Positions 38,017 to 48,171 of a stretch of DNA of 51,151 bases are shown here, piece after piece. Position 1 is the stretch's first letter. Each line of letters opens with the position of its first letter. Below the pieces are notes generated by a model that searched no databases, was not told where the DNA came from, and saw only the letters and a program-made list of their open reading frames with translations. This stretch comes from Microbacterium sp. (GTDB lineage Bacteria > Actinomycetota > Actinomycetes > Actinomycetales > Microbacteriaceae), in the NCBI GenBank assembly GCA_031178475.1, contig JAPSIX010000001.1:1-51151 (forward strand), in the 5' to 3' direction. The position numbers and the translations under genes are program-made.

Positions 38017-38385
38017 GTGCCGACTCCCGATGGGCGCACACGAGCCCCATCGCCTAATTGCCCGGTCGAAGTCTCCCTCGCTGCGATCACGGGACGCTGG
38101 ACAACGCTCGTGCTGCGCGACCTCATGCCTGGCCGACCCCTCTCCTACACGGAGCTGGCCCAGTCACTGCCACAGCTCAGCGACAAGGTCCTGTCCGACC
38201 GGCTGAGCGAGCTCGTCGCCGCAGGACTCGTGGAGAGGACTGCCACGAACGGCTTCCCACGTCGGACCGCGTATCGGATCACCGACCGCGGCAGAGAGTT
38301 ACGTCCTCTGCTGATCGAGCTCTACCGGACCGGTCTGGCACTTCAGGGACACGTCATTGATGTCCAGGAGCAGCCGACGAGATAG
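38017..38385 (+). CDS. HxlR-family winged-helix regulator
   Basis: CPVEVSL..ITGRWTTLVL, SDKVLSDRL, FPRRTAY.IT.RG. Confidence 0.9.
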   Translation: MPTPDGRTRAPSPNCPVEVSLAAITGRWTTLVLRDLMPGRPLSYTELAQSLPQLSDKVLSDRLSELVAAGLVERTATNGFPRRTAYRITDRGRELRPLLIELYRTGLALQGHVIDVQEQPTR

Positions 38386-38392
38386 ACAAGAA

Positions 38393-38665
38393 CTACCTAC
38401 CTCGTGGCGAGTCGATCAGTCCTTGAAGGGCGTCACGGGTGCTAGTCAGTGTCGCGGATGCAACCGAGCCGCTCCCGGATGGCCTCCACAGGCAGCCCAC
38501 CCCGAGGAGCTTGCGGATCGAATGGACCCGCTCGACGACCGCGGGCGAGAACAGGCGCTGAACCGTTGAGGACCGTTCCGCCTCGATGAGCCCCTGGTTC
38601 TTGTCGTGCCGGAGCATCCGAGGCGTCGTGGGTGTGAGCGCGGCGAGATCTCCGATCCGCCAGCG
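38393..38665 (-). pseudogene. MerR-family regulator remnant
   Basis: RIGDLAALT.TTPRMLRH..QGLI..ER; no start codon; frameshift downstream. Confidence 0.65.
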
Positions 38666-39011
38666 ACTCACTCTTCGGCCAGCACCTGCCCGAAGACGCG
38701 AAGTCGCACCTTCTCGTGGCGCTGCTGCGCGCCGAAGGGATCCCCCGCAGGCCAGTGCCACCAGCAGCTCCGTCGTGGCACCGGTCACGTCCTGCACGGG
38801 TTGGTCGCTGTCCATCTGTATGGAGGCTGGCACCGACTTGGGAAATAAATCGGACGTCGACGCCCGATTTTCTCTCGACCGGGAACGCCTCGTATATGCA
38901 GTCGATGAGGACGCCGGCGAGCCGCGCCCTCGGTAACACGGCCGACGTGTTGGAATTATGCAATTGGGGACTTCCGTCCGCCCTGGAAACAGTGACGAAG
39001 GAGAAGTGACG

Positions 39012-39851
39012 ATGGCCGGTCTGTCCGTGTTGGAAGTAAGTCAGTGGCAGGGATCCAGAGCCCCGACGGCTCGTAGGCTGCGCAGCGGAGCCGCCCGCCT
39101 CGCGGAAATGGTCCCCGCGGCAAACCGCCAGGCAGTATCGCTCAGCGACGCCACCAGCGACGCACAGGACGGGGTGCAGAACGCCGAGGTGCTGGCAGAG
39201 CAGCTTCAAGCGGTGCGCGCGGCAATGGAGGCACTCCCGCCGGGTGATCTCGTGGTGTCCGTCGGCGGTGACTGCGCGATCGAACTCGCCCCGATCGAGG
39301 CTGCGCTGTCTGCCCACCAGGACCGTCTGGCGGTGGTGTGGTTCGACGCGCACGCCGATCTCAATTCGCCGGAGACGTCTCCCTCCGGAGCGTTCCACGG
39401 CATGGTGCTGCGTGCGCTGACTGGTGACGCTCCCGACGCATTGATGCCGACCAGGACCCTTGCGGCGAATCGCGTGGTTCTGGCAGGAGCCCGGGCCCTG
39501 GATCAGGGCGAACAGGATTTTGTCGGCAGCCACGGGATCCGGCACCTCAGCGTCGACCAGCTGAATGAACCGGAAGCGCTCCTGTCTGCTGTGCGCGCGA
39601 CGGGTGTTGAGGCGATGTACATCCACATCGACCTCGACGTGCTCGACCCCGACGTGTTCCCGGCTGTCGGCTCTCCTGAACCCGGCGGCCTCACAATCGA
39701 TGCACTTCTGCAGGCAGCGCACGCGCTTGCGGAAGAGTTCACGCCCGTGGGTGTCGGAATTACTGAGTACGAACGAGCCGACGAGGCTGAGCAAGATGAT
39801 GACCTGGTGGAACAAGTCGTCGCGGGAGTCCTTGCCACTGTTCGGAAATGA
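39012..39851 (+). CDS. Arginase/ureohydrolase family protein
   Basis: GGDC, DAHADLN, SGAFHGM, HIDLDVLDP; AAGGAG RBS. Confidence 0.9.
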   Translation: MAGLSVLEVSQWQGSRAPTARRLRSGAARLAEMVPAANRQAVSLSDATSDAQDGVQNAEVLAEQLQAVRAAMEALPPGDLVVSVGGDCAIELAPIEAALSAHQDRLAVVWFDAHADLNSPETSPSGAFHGMVLRALTGDAPDALMPTRTLAANRVVLAGARALDQGEQDFVGSHGIRHLSVDQLNEPEALLSAVRATGVEAMYIHIDLDVLDPDVFPAVGSPEPGGLTIDALLQAAHALAEEFTPVGVGITEYERADEAEQDDDLVEQVVAGVLATVRK

Positions 39852-39948
39852 GTCGAAGGCATTGGTAGCGGCACGCAGTCGTCTCGATCTCCTGACCACA
39901 AGGGCCACCAGAGCACAGCCGAGTTCCGCTTCTCGCTTTAGCCTCTGG

Positions 39949-41637
39949 TTACGCGTACTGCTGCGACGCTTCGTCCGCGTTCGCGGCAGTTGCGCGAGCG
40001 CTTTCGCTTGATGCAGCTCCCTCGACTGCCCAGCTGGCATATTCGCGCGCGGTTTTCTCCAGCTCGGTGTCGCTGAGGTCCCCGACGCCGTGGACGAAGA
40101 ATCCAGGGCGGTAGCGCATGCCGACCCTCGCCGCCGTGGTCGCCAGCGGGGACGTTAGTTCGTCCATCGTTCGCCCGTAGCGGCCGTCCGGCTTGTAGTC
40201 GTGGGCGCGCGACCAGGTGGGCACTGCGATGGTGAGCTCCTTGCCTTCCAGGGCGTTTCCGCCCGGTCCGTAGGCCCAGCCGCGTTCGAGGGCGACTTCG
40301 AGCCACTCTTCCAGCAGTGGCGGGGCGCTGTACCAGCGGAAGGGGAACTGCAGGACGATCCGGTCGTGCCTGGCGAGCTCCCGCTGCTCGGCTGCGGCGT
40401 CGAAGCTGTGAGGTCCCCGGACCTCGGCCAGCGCGCGGACGGTGATCTGCTCTTCGCTGTCGAGTGCTCGGAGCCAGGCGGCGTTGACGCGGGACTTCTC
40501 CAGTTCGGGATGGGCGGCGATCACCAGGGTCGATGGCTGCATGGCGGTGTCGTCTTCTTTCGTCAGCGCGCGTTCGGATGAATCGTTCTGGGTGCTGATG
40601 TGCACCACAACGAGAGCGATCAGCGCGGCAGCGCCGAGGATCGTCGCGAACGTGATCACGGCGTTGCCGAGTCCGATCGCATCCGCGAGGTAGCCGGTGG
40701 CCACAGGCAGCACCCCGGCGGGGATGTAGCCGGAGATGTTGAGTGCGGCGTTGGCCTCGGCGCGCCGGTCCGGAGAGATCCGTGTGGCGATGAGCGTGAG
40801 GCCGACCAGCTGCCCCAGGCCTTGCGCGGTGCCCGCAAGCAGTGCGGCGGTAAGGAAGATCGGCCACCACGGCGTCACAGTGACTGAGACGGCGAGCATG
40901 CCCATCGAGGCCACGGCGGCGATGGAACTGAGCGCGAGGTGAGCGCGGGTGGTGAGGCCACCCGCGGCGAACTGGATCCCAGTGGCAAGCAGGAACATGG
41001 CGAAGGCGACGGCCCCGGCGATCAAGGGGTCTGGAACGCCAATAGGTCCGACCAGGACCGATGGGCCGAGCGCGAGCACGAAGGAGGTCGCTGTGATGCC
41101 CGGGCCGAAGGTCGCCGCGCCCCAGAGGAGCTCACGCCGGCGATCACGTGGGGGCATCGGCCAGCGAAGGAGCCGTTCGTGAGCGCGTCCTCCGTGCGCT
41201 GGCCGAACCAGCGGCAGCCGTGTGCTGACTGCCAGGGCTGCGACTCCCAGCACAGTGACGATGGCGAAGGTCCACAGCTGCGGAGCAGCGGTGGACTTGG
41301 CGGTGATGCCCGCGAGCATCGGGCCGAGGCCTGCGCCGAGCACCATGGACGCGGATGCGATGAGCCCTCTGGCTCGCTTGCGGGAGGTCGGGGCGCCGTC
41401 GACCACCGCGGCCATCCCCGCCGCCACTGCTCCACCGACGGCCGTGCCGGCGAGCAGGCGGGCCACCAGAAGCCACAGCATGCCCTGGGCCAGCAGGAAC
41501 AGCGCACCGGACACGATCGCGACGAGCATCGCGGGGACTAGGCCCATGCGACGTCCGCACCGGTCCGCGAGTCGTCCTGCGACGACCAGCGTTCCCACCA
41601 GGCCGATCATGTAGCAGGCGAAGATGATCGTGAGCAT
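39949..41637 (-). CDS. MFS transporter (5'-damaged) in frame with a flavodoxin-like NAD(P)H oxidoreductase (domain from ATG 40542)
   Basis: GRLADRCGRR MFS motif; then AHP..SRVN, IVLQFPFRWYSAPPLL, GWAYG (KefF/YwrO-like) with no stop between them. Confidence 0.8.
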   Translation of the reverse strand: MLTIIFACYMIGLVGTLVVAGRLADRCGRRMGLVPAMLVAIVSGALFLLAQGMLWLLVARLLAGTAVGGAVAAGMAAVVDGAPTSRKRARGLIASASMVLGAGLGPMLAGITAKSTAAPQLWTFAIVTVLGVAALAVSTRLPLVRPAHGGRAHERLLRWPMPPRDRRRELLWGAATFGPGITATSFVLALGPSVLVGPIGVPDPLIAGAVAFAMFLLATGIQFAAGGLTTRAHLALSSIAAVASMGMLAVSVTVTPWWPIFLTAALLAGTAQGLGQLVGLTLIATRISPDRRAEANAALNISGYIPAGVLPVATGYLADAIGLGNAVITFATILGAAALIALVVVHISTQNDSSERALTKEDDTAMQPSTLVIAAHPELEKSRVNAAWLRALDSEEQITVRALAEVRGPHSFDAAAEQRELARHDRIVLQFPFRWYSAPPLLEEWLEVALERGWAYGPGGNALEGKELTIAVPTWSRAHDYKPDGRYGRTMDELTSPLATTAARVGMRYRPGFFVHGVGDLSDTELEKTAREYASWAVEGAASSESARATAANADEASQQYA

Positions 41638-41715
41638 CCCGGAGGAGAAGCCCCACTGCCGCCACGGACCATCTGAGATCCTGTTGTTCGACCGCTCGTA
41701 TCATCTGCACCACCT

Positions 41716-41782
41716 AGTTCGACGCTTCTCGTAGCTGTACGAGTTGAGTCGAACTTACCATCAGTACGAACAATCTCGTACT
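41716..41782. promoter_or_regulatory. Three tandem imperfect dyads; putative ArsR operators
   Basis: AGTACGA-N6-TCGTACT (41763-41782) plus variants at 41716 and 41736. Confidence 0.6.
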
Positions 41783-41799
41783 TCAGGTAGACTGAAGGC

Positions 41800-42171
41800 A
41801 TGTACACACTCGCGCCGACCTACGTGCTTGGTGAGCCGACAGGCGAGCTGCCTGAGCGGCTGCCGGAACCCGCGGTAGATGAGATCCGCCTTGAGCGGAT
41901 CATGGGTGTGCTGGCCGAGCCCTTGCGGCTGACGATCGTGCAGCGGCTCCTCCTGTCATCGGAGGACTTCGACCAGACCTGCGGATGGTTCGGCTTCGAC
42001 CGGCCGAAATCCACGCTCACCCACCACTTCAAGGCGCTGCGCGAGGCCGGCGTCATCACCCAGCGCCAGTACGGCCTCGAGCGACGCAGTCGCGTCCGCC
42101 TGGAGGATCTGAACGCTCGCTTCCCAGGACTCATCGACCTGGTGCTCGATTGGAAGCCGGAAGTGGGTTGA
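41800..42171 (+). CDS. ArsR-family regulator
   Basis: LAEPLRLTIV, KSTLTHHFKALREAG, DLNARFPGL. Confidence 0.9.
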   Translation: MYTLAPTYVLGEPTGELPERLPEPAVDEIRLERIMGVLAEPLRLTIVQRLLLSSEDFDQTCGWFGFDRPKSTLTHHFKALREAGVITQRQYGLERRSRVRLEDLNARFPGLIDLVLDWKPEVG

Positions 42172-42190
42172 AGCGCGGGACCGGCCGCTC

Positions 42191-42778
42191 ATGCAGAGTT
42201 TGGTACCTGCGGCGACATGGTGGAGTTCTGGCACGGAGAAATGGGCGCCTCGGGGAAGAAGTAACCATTCCGTCCTGGCACGGCGAGAATGCAGCAGCGC
42301 GTTGACGACTTCAGGCACGAGCGAAGCATCGGGGAATCCGCAGGTGAGCAAACGTGGGCTGCGATGGGCACGCTTCATGGTCGTGGCACTGTTGGCGATC
42401 GGCGGGTGCGCGATGTACCTGTCCTGGGGCGCGTGGGGCGTATTCGTGACGTGCAGCGCTCTGACGCTGACTGCGGCGAGCGTACCAGTGATCGCGTTGT
42501 TCACTCGTTCGGTGGCAGCGGTGTTCATAGCGGCTGCCGGCCCGTTGATCTTGTCCCTGTGGCTCATGCACATCGGGTGGGGGCTGGTCGCGCCGCTATA
42601 CCCCGAGTACGTGATGAGCTGGCATCTCCCGATGAAGAACGGTCCTGGAATCACTGTCAGGGACGCGGCCGACGCCCGCGAGATGGCCATGGAGATGCTC
42701 TCCCTCGGGGGACTCCTCACAGTGGTCACCCTCGCGGGCATAGCGTTCGGCATGCGCAACGTGCTGGAGAAGGATTAG
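42191..42778 (+). CDS. Hypothetical membrane protein (true start probably later, near 42340-42380)
   Basis: Four hydrophobic segments; no family recognised. Confidence 0.45.
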   Translation: MQSLVPAATWWSSGTEKWAPRGRSNHSVLARRECSSALTTSGTSEASGNPQVSKRGLRWARFMVVALLAIGGCAMYLSWGAWGVFVTCSALTLTAASVPVIALFTRSVAAVFIAAAGPLILSLWLMHIGWGLVAPLYPEYVMSWHLPMKNGPGITVRDAADAREMAMEMLSLGGLLTVVTLAGIAFGMRNVLEKD

Positions 42779-42815
42779 AAGAACCAGGAGCTCGAAGGCA
42801 GTCGGGCAACACCTT

Positions 42816-43391
42816 CTACTGCGACAGCACTTCTTCGGTGCGCACAACAGTGGCGAATTCCCCGTGCAGGTTCGCGGCCGTGACGGCCGCGAGGTGATGC
42901 GCAGCAAACAGCACGCCATCGGGTGCAGTGCGGCCGAAAGTGTGCGTAGCGTCGATGACGAAGCGGACGTCATAGCCGAGGTTGCCGGCCATCCGGGCAG
43001 TCGTCTCGCAGCAGTGGTTGGTCGTGATGCCGCAGATTACGACCCGGCTGATGCTCTGCGCCTGCAGCCAGGCGTGCAGGTCCGGGCTGCCGTAGAAGCT
43101 CGAGTTGACCGACTTGCTGACCAGCAGGTCGGGGACGCCGGTGATGACGTCCTTGAACTCGTGGCCTGAACTTCCCGGGTACAGCGGAGAAGCAGGGTTC
43201 TCCGAGTCGTGCTGGACGAACACCACAGGCCACGAGCGTTCGCGCCACCGCGCGATCAGCGTCTCGATGTTCGCCTCGCATGCCGGATTGTCGCGCTCTC
43301 CCCAGAAACGCGCATCATCGAACCCACGTTGGACGTCGATCACGATTAGCGCAGGACCAGGGCCATCGGCAGGCGAAGCAGACTCAATCAC
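42816..43391 (-). CDS. Isochorismatase/cysteine hydrolase family protein
   Basis: LIVIDVQ, KSVNSSF, GITTNHCCETTAR. Confidence 0.92.
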   Translation of the reverse strand: MIESASPADGPGPALIVIDVQRGFDDARFWGERDNPACEANIETLIARWRERSWPVVFVQHDSENPASPLYPGSSGHEFKDVITGVPDLLVSKSVNSSFYGSPDLHAWLQAQSISRVVICGITTNHCCETTARMAGNLGYDVRFVIDATHTFGRTAPDGVLFAAHHLAAVTAANLHGEFATVVRTEEVLSQ

Positions 43392-43544
43392 CTGTCCAGT
43401 CTAACTGCGACGGATCAGGCTGGAGCAGGTGCGGGCAGCTCAGACTCGCTGCGCTCGCCGAGTGCCTGGTAGGGCCTGCCTGGCGGGCTATGTCCAGCTG
43501 CAGTCAATCCTAGCCGGATGCCACCCCCGACGGTGCGAACTTAT

Positions 43545-44318
43545 TCACACATCTGAATGCTCGTCGACCTCGATCACCCTGACACCTGCCAGTTGAGCTT
43601 CGGCCAAAACCTCGGTCGGGGCATCGCGTGTGGTCACGATGGTGTCGAGATCGGCGACGGCCGCGAACCGGTGGGCGGCGGTGTGGTTGAACTTGTCTGC
43701 AGTGGATACCAGGATCACGCGCTGGGATGAAGCGAATGCTGCTCGCTTGACGTGGGCATCCCCCCAACCTGCGACAGTGAGTCCGTTGTCAGGATCGGCA
43801 GCGCACGTGCCGATGATAGCTGTGTCGAAACGCATCGCAACCACGGCCTCGGCCGCGCCCGCGCTGGTGAAAGCCAAATCGTCGTGATCGATCAGGCCTC
43901 CGGGCACGACGACCTGATTGCCGGGCTTGCTGGCCAGCGCCGCAGCCGAGTGAAGGGAAACGGCCATGGCCGTCACCCCGACACCGGCAAGCTCCTCGGC
44001 GACGGCGAGAGCCGTCGTGCCGTTGTCGATGAACACGCTCTCGCCTGGGGAGATGAGCTGTGCGGCTGCTCGTGCGAGAGCGCGCTTGAGGTCGATGTCC
44101 GAAGCCTGTCGGAGGGCGAAGGGGTAGTCCGCGCCGCGGTGTGGCATTGGCGCAGCACCTCCGCGTGTACGACGGATGGCCCCCTGCTCGGCTAGCTCGA
44201 CGAGATCGCGACGGATGCTCACAGCGCTCGCGCCCGTGAGCTCGGACAGGGCCTGGACGGAGCGTGGGCCGGAGCTCACCGCCCCGATGATCAGTTTCTG
44301 ACGTTTTGATCGTTGCAC
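43545..44318 (-). CDS. DeoR/GlpR-family regulator
   Basis: SIRRDLVEL..RTRGGA, FIDNGTT, DKF. Confidence 0.92.
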   Translation of the reverse strand: MQRSKRQKLIIGAVSSGPRSVQALSELTGASAVSIRRDLVELAEQGAIRRTRGGAAPMPHRGADYPFALRQASDIDLKRALARAAAQLISPGESVFIDNGTTALAVAEELAGVGVTAMAVSLHSAAALASKPGNQVVVPGGLIDHDDLAFTSAGAAEAVVAMRFDTAIIGTCAADPDNGLTVAGWGDAHVKRAAFASSQRVILVSTADKFNHTAAHRFAAVADLDTIVTTRDAPTEVLAEAQLAGVRVIEVDEHSDV

Positions 44319-44347
44319 ATGCTCAGTCTGGCACATATTTTGATCGC

Positions 44348-45595
44348 ATGATGCGAGAGTTCAGAACGAGCCCCCGAGGCGTCGCCGGTGTCGGAGTCTT
44401 CTTCGTCAGCAACGGAGCAGTGTTCGCAGCCCTGTTGCCGTGGTACCCGATCGTGCTCGAGCGACTGAGTCTGAGCGCTTGGGAGTTCGGGCTGGTCGTC
44501 GCGTCGTTCGCGGTCGGCGCGATCGCGTCCTCCGTCCTGCCGTCTCGACTCATCGCGCGCTTCCGCGCTGTGCCGGTGGCTGTTGGTGGCACCGTCCTCC
44601 TCGCGGCTGCCGTCGCCTTCGCCGCATGGTCCGCCAACGGGCTGGCGTTGGCGGCGTGCATATTTCTCGTCGGCTTCTTCGACGCGATCGTCGACGTGGC
44701 CCAGAACGTCATCGGCATCGCGATCCAAGAAGCGTCTGGTCGGTCGATGCTCTCGTCTATGCACGCGCTGTGGAGTCTGGGCGGAGTGCTCAGCGGTGCT
44801 GCTTCCACAGCAGCCGCCTCCGCGGGAGTGGACATGCGGGTCTACCTGTCCGTGGTCGGCCTCACCTGCGTCGCCCTCGTGGGGCTCGGAGGTCTCCTCG
44901 TCGGCGACGGCACGGTCGCGCCCAAGGCGGACCCCGTCCACGACGCCCCCTTTCCAGGAGATCGTCCACGGTGGCGGCTTGTACTGATGGCCGTACTTCC
45001 ACTCGCGGTGATTGCCATCTGCGGGACCACCATCGAAGACATCGCCAACAACTGGTCGGCCATCGCCTCCGTGCAGATCAGCAACGTCCCGGCAGCAAGC
45101 GCAGGTATCGCCTTCAGCACCATCATCGGCAGCCAGTGCCTGGCACGGTTCACCGGCGACTTGCTGATCCAGAAACGCGGCAGCACGTGGGTCGCCAGAG
45201 TGGGCGGAATCCTCATCGCACTCGGCGGGCTTGCAGTCATCACCGCCCAGGAACCGATCCAGCTTCTGGCAGGCCTCGCCGCGATCGGATACGGGTCGGC
45301 GACCCTGATACCCAGTGCCCTCGGTGCCGCCGCGCAGATCCCGGGCGTGAGCCAGGCGGCCGGAGTCACACTCGTGAACTGGATCACGCGCGTCGGGTTC
45401 CTGATCACCAGCCCCCTCGTCGGCCTTATCACGACCGCGACGAATCTTAGATGGGGCCTCTCGCTCCTCATCCTCATAGGCAGTGCCACCGTCCTCCTTG
45501 CAGGCCGCCTCGACCTCGCTGATCACACCAGGAACGCTGCAGAACTACCCGCCTCGAGCCCATCAGGCCGTAAAGACAGTCGCCCGCCCACATAG
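44348..45595 (+). CDS. MFS transporter
   Basis: About 12 TM segments; DAIVDVAQN, MHALWSLG; divergent from DeoR. Confidence 0.88.
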   Translation: MMREFRTSPRGVAGVGVFFVSNGAVFAALLPWYPIVLERLSLSAWEFGLVVASFAVGAIASSVLPSRLIARFRAVPVAVGGTVLLAAAVAFAAWSANGLALAACIFLVGFFDAIVDVAQNVIGIAIQEASGRSMLSSMHALWSLGGVLSGAASTAAASAGVDMRVYLSVVGLTCVALVGLGGLLVGDGTVAPKADPVHDAPFPGDRPRWRLVLMAVLPLAVIAICGTTIEDIANNWSAIASVQISNVPAASAGIAFSTIIGSQCLARFTGDLLIQKRGSTWVARVGGILIALGGLAVITAQEPIQLLAGLAAIGYGSATLIPSALGAAAQIPGVSQAAGVTLVNWITRVGFLITSPLVGLITTATNLRWGLSLLILIGSATVLLAGRLDLADHTRNAAELPASSPSGRKDSRPPT

Positions 45596-45637
45596 GAGGA
45601 GTCTGCCGCGGGGATGTAGGGCAAGCTGATCGGTGGC

Positions 45638-46513
45638 TCATGTTCGCAGGTGGTCGACGAGCGCCGCGGCGGCCGGGCCGAGGCTCGGATTCTCACGCCA
45701 GGCGAGGGCGAGACGAGCGCGCATTCGCGGGTGCATGATCGTGATCTCTTTGAGGGCTTCGACTTGCTGGTTCTCCACTTCGCCGGCGGGCAGGAGGGCG
45801 ATGCCCATGCCGCGGCCGGCGAGGCGGATGAGAGCGGCCGGGTCGCCTGCTTCGAAGGCGATGCGCGGTCGGAGGCCGGCCGCGGTAAAGCCAACGTCGA
45901 GAGCGTCGCGGACCCCTGACCCGACAGGCATAGTGATCAGAGGTTCATCGGTGAGGCGTTCGAGCGAGATGCTCCGGTGGCGAGCCAAGGCGTGCGCGGT
46001 CGGGACGAGTGCTACGAGCGGCCGATCGGTGATGATGTCCGCTACGAGCCCGGCAGGGAGCGATCCCGCGAGACCGATGATCGCGACGTCGAGCTTGCCA
46101 CTTAAAAGCTTATCGGCCAGGCATCGGGAACAGTCCTCCGTAAGCGTGATCTCGATACCGGGATGGTCATGATGGAAGTCCGCCAGACGGTCGGGCAGGC
46201 TCATAGGGCCGGTGGTCACGACTGTGCCGACGGAGACATGACCGCGCAGGAGGCCATCCAGCTCGTCCACCGTCGAGCGAACCCGATCGATGGCCGCCAG
46301 AGCCGCCCGAGCATGCGGGAGTATCGCGATGCCAGCCTCGGTCGGGCGGACGGCGCGGGCGGAGCGATCAAGGAGTACATGCCCCAACTCACGCTCGAGT
46401 TGGCGAACTTGGGCGCTGACGCCGGGTTGGGCAACGTGGAGCCGCTCTGCAGCTCGGGTGAAGTTCGCCTCCTCGATCACGGCGACGAGGTACTCCAGTT
46501 GACGCAATTCCAT
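45638..46513 (-). CDS. LysR-family regulator
   Basis: MELRQLEY..NFTRAAERLHVAQPGVSAQVRQLE. Confidence 0.95.
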   Translation of the reverse strand: MELRQLEYLVAVIEEANFTRAAERLHVAQPGVSAQVRQLERELGHVLLDRSARAVRPTEAGIAILPHARAALAAIDRVRSTVDELDGLLRGHVSVGTVVTTGPMSLPDRLADFHHDHPGIEITLTEDCSRCLADKLLSGKLDVAIIGLAGSLPAGLVADIITDRPLVALVPTAHALARHRSISLERLTDEPLITMPVGSGVRDALDVGFTAAGLRPRIAFEAGDPAALIRLAGRGMGIALLPAGEVENQQVEALKEITIMHPRMRARLALAWRENPSLGPAAAALVDHLRT

Positions 46514-46637
46514 AACCAATCATTCTAGCTGGGAGAAGAACTAGGTCTTGGACTTCTCGCTGGAGCGTGAGGACACTGGGATTACTCGGGGATAGGATCC
46601 GACGCAACCATTTACGCATAACACGAGGCGACACGCA

Positions 46638-46751
46638 TTGAGAACGCCCATCGATATCGCCGTCACATATTTCGAGGCTTGGGAACAGAATGACATTGAG
46701 CCGGTTCGGCTGCTGCTGGCCGACGACGTGGACTTCGTCGGTGCACCGTAA
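46638..46751 (+). pseudogene. SnoaL-like gene 5' fragment cut by the IS
   Basis: (M)RTPIDIAVTYFEAWEQNDIEPVRLLLADDVDFVGA ends at the IS border. Confidence 0.65.
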
Positions 46752-48171
46752 TGCCTCATATAAATATGCCCGCGAAAGCCTCTCGATGCCTCACCGACAT
46801 TTGCCCGCGAAACCTATTCGGCCTTGACTCGCACTCCCTTCCGCACATCCGGCAGCACCGAAGGGAACGACGCCAGATACAGTTGCTCGGTCTTCTCCCG
46901 CGAGAGCACCAACAATCGGTCCTGGATCCTGGCGATCTCCGAAGCGATTTTCGCCGGGTTAAGACCATCCCGGTACGCCGTCATCTCCTCGACCTGGCAA
47001 GGGGCGAGAACGCCGGCATCGAGGATGCTTGTCGAAAGGAGTCCGCGGAGCATCATAGACACGTTTGCGCCGCCCATTCCTCGTTGATCCGTACCCGGTA
47101 GGTTTGATCGTGGGCATCAGATAATTCACCCGATCATTGACCAGGCGCCATAACCGGTTCAATGCGCGTCGCTCCAGCTCAGTGTCGTACCGGTAGTAGA
47201 ACCCGTAGCGACGCACGACATGATTGTTCTTCGACTCGATCGTGGCCTGATCGTTCTTCTTATACGGCCTGGACCGCGTGAAGTAGATGCCCCTCGACCC
47301 GGCCCACTCGATGACGTACTGGTTGAGGAATTCCGACCCGTTATCGAAGTCCAGGCCAGTGATCTGAAACGGAATCTCACGCGCCGCGGTCTTCAACCCG
47401 GCCAAGATGTTCGTATGCGCGTTATTGCGCACGGTGCGCGTGAAAGTCCATCCGGTGTGGAAGTCGGTGAGGTTGAGGGTACGAGCGAATTCCCCGGACT
47501 CGACCGGTCCGCAGTGAGCGACGGTATCGCCTTCGAAGAAACCTGGTTTGTCTTCAACCTCGTCACCGGCCCGGCGGATCGTGATCGCCGACCGCAACAA
47601 ATTCCCGGGCTTCGTTGTCGAGATCCCGCCGATCGCGTCAGCGGCTCGGGCGGGCCCCAGGTAGCGGTCGATCGTGGCGGGACTCATCGTCAGCAGTTCC
47701 CGGAGCACCGCCGTGGTGTAGCGGCCTTCACCGTCGGTGAGTTCGCCGTGAGCTTCGAGGAGGTCAAGCAGGATCCGCATCGTCGTGGCCAGGTACTTGC
47801 CGCATTGGCCACCCGAGATCGCCCACACACTGGAGGATCTTGGCCGCGTCGTAGGAATATTTCCGGGCGCGGGGCTTGCGGTCCCGGTTGGCGATTTCCC
47901 GGCCAGGCCCTGGTGGATGCTTCGCTGCCTGGGTCAGACGTCGTCGAGCATTGTCGCGACTCCATCCGGTCACGGCCACGACCTCGTCGAGAACAGCGCC
48001 TTTGGTCTTCTTCGACGCCTTCTTGTACTCCTTGGCGTATTTCGTGGTGATCTCTGCTCGTGTCGCCATCGACAGTTCACTCCCCAAACCTTCCGAGGGT
48101 CCACCATTTCGCGGGCAAATATAAGTGATGCATGAAGGGTGGCTCGCGGGCTGTATTAGTGAGTCTGGTCG
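46747..48171 (-). mobile_element. Insertion sequence with a frameshifted DDE (rve-type) transposase; family not assigned
   Basis: Transposase in three frames (47764-48087, 46959-47828, 46814-47077) with EGDTVAH, DFDNGSEF, IESKN; two copies of TCGCGGGC-N9/10-TGA(G/T)(G/T)C at each end, inverted between ends. Exact ends are inferred. Confidence 0.8.

Noticed and set aside
38441-38458. Third copy of the GCTAGTCAG motif
   Set aside because: Only 9 bp match, inside the MerR remnant; expected by chance.
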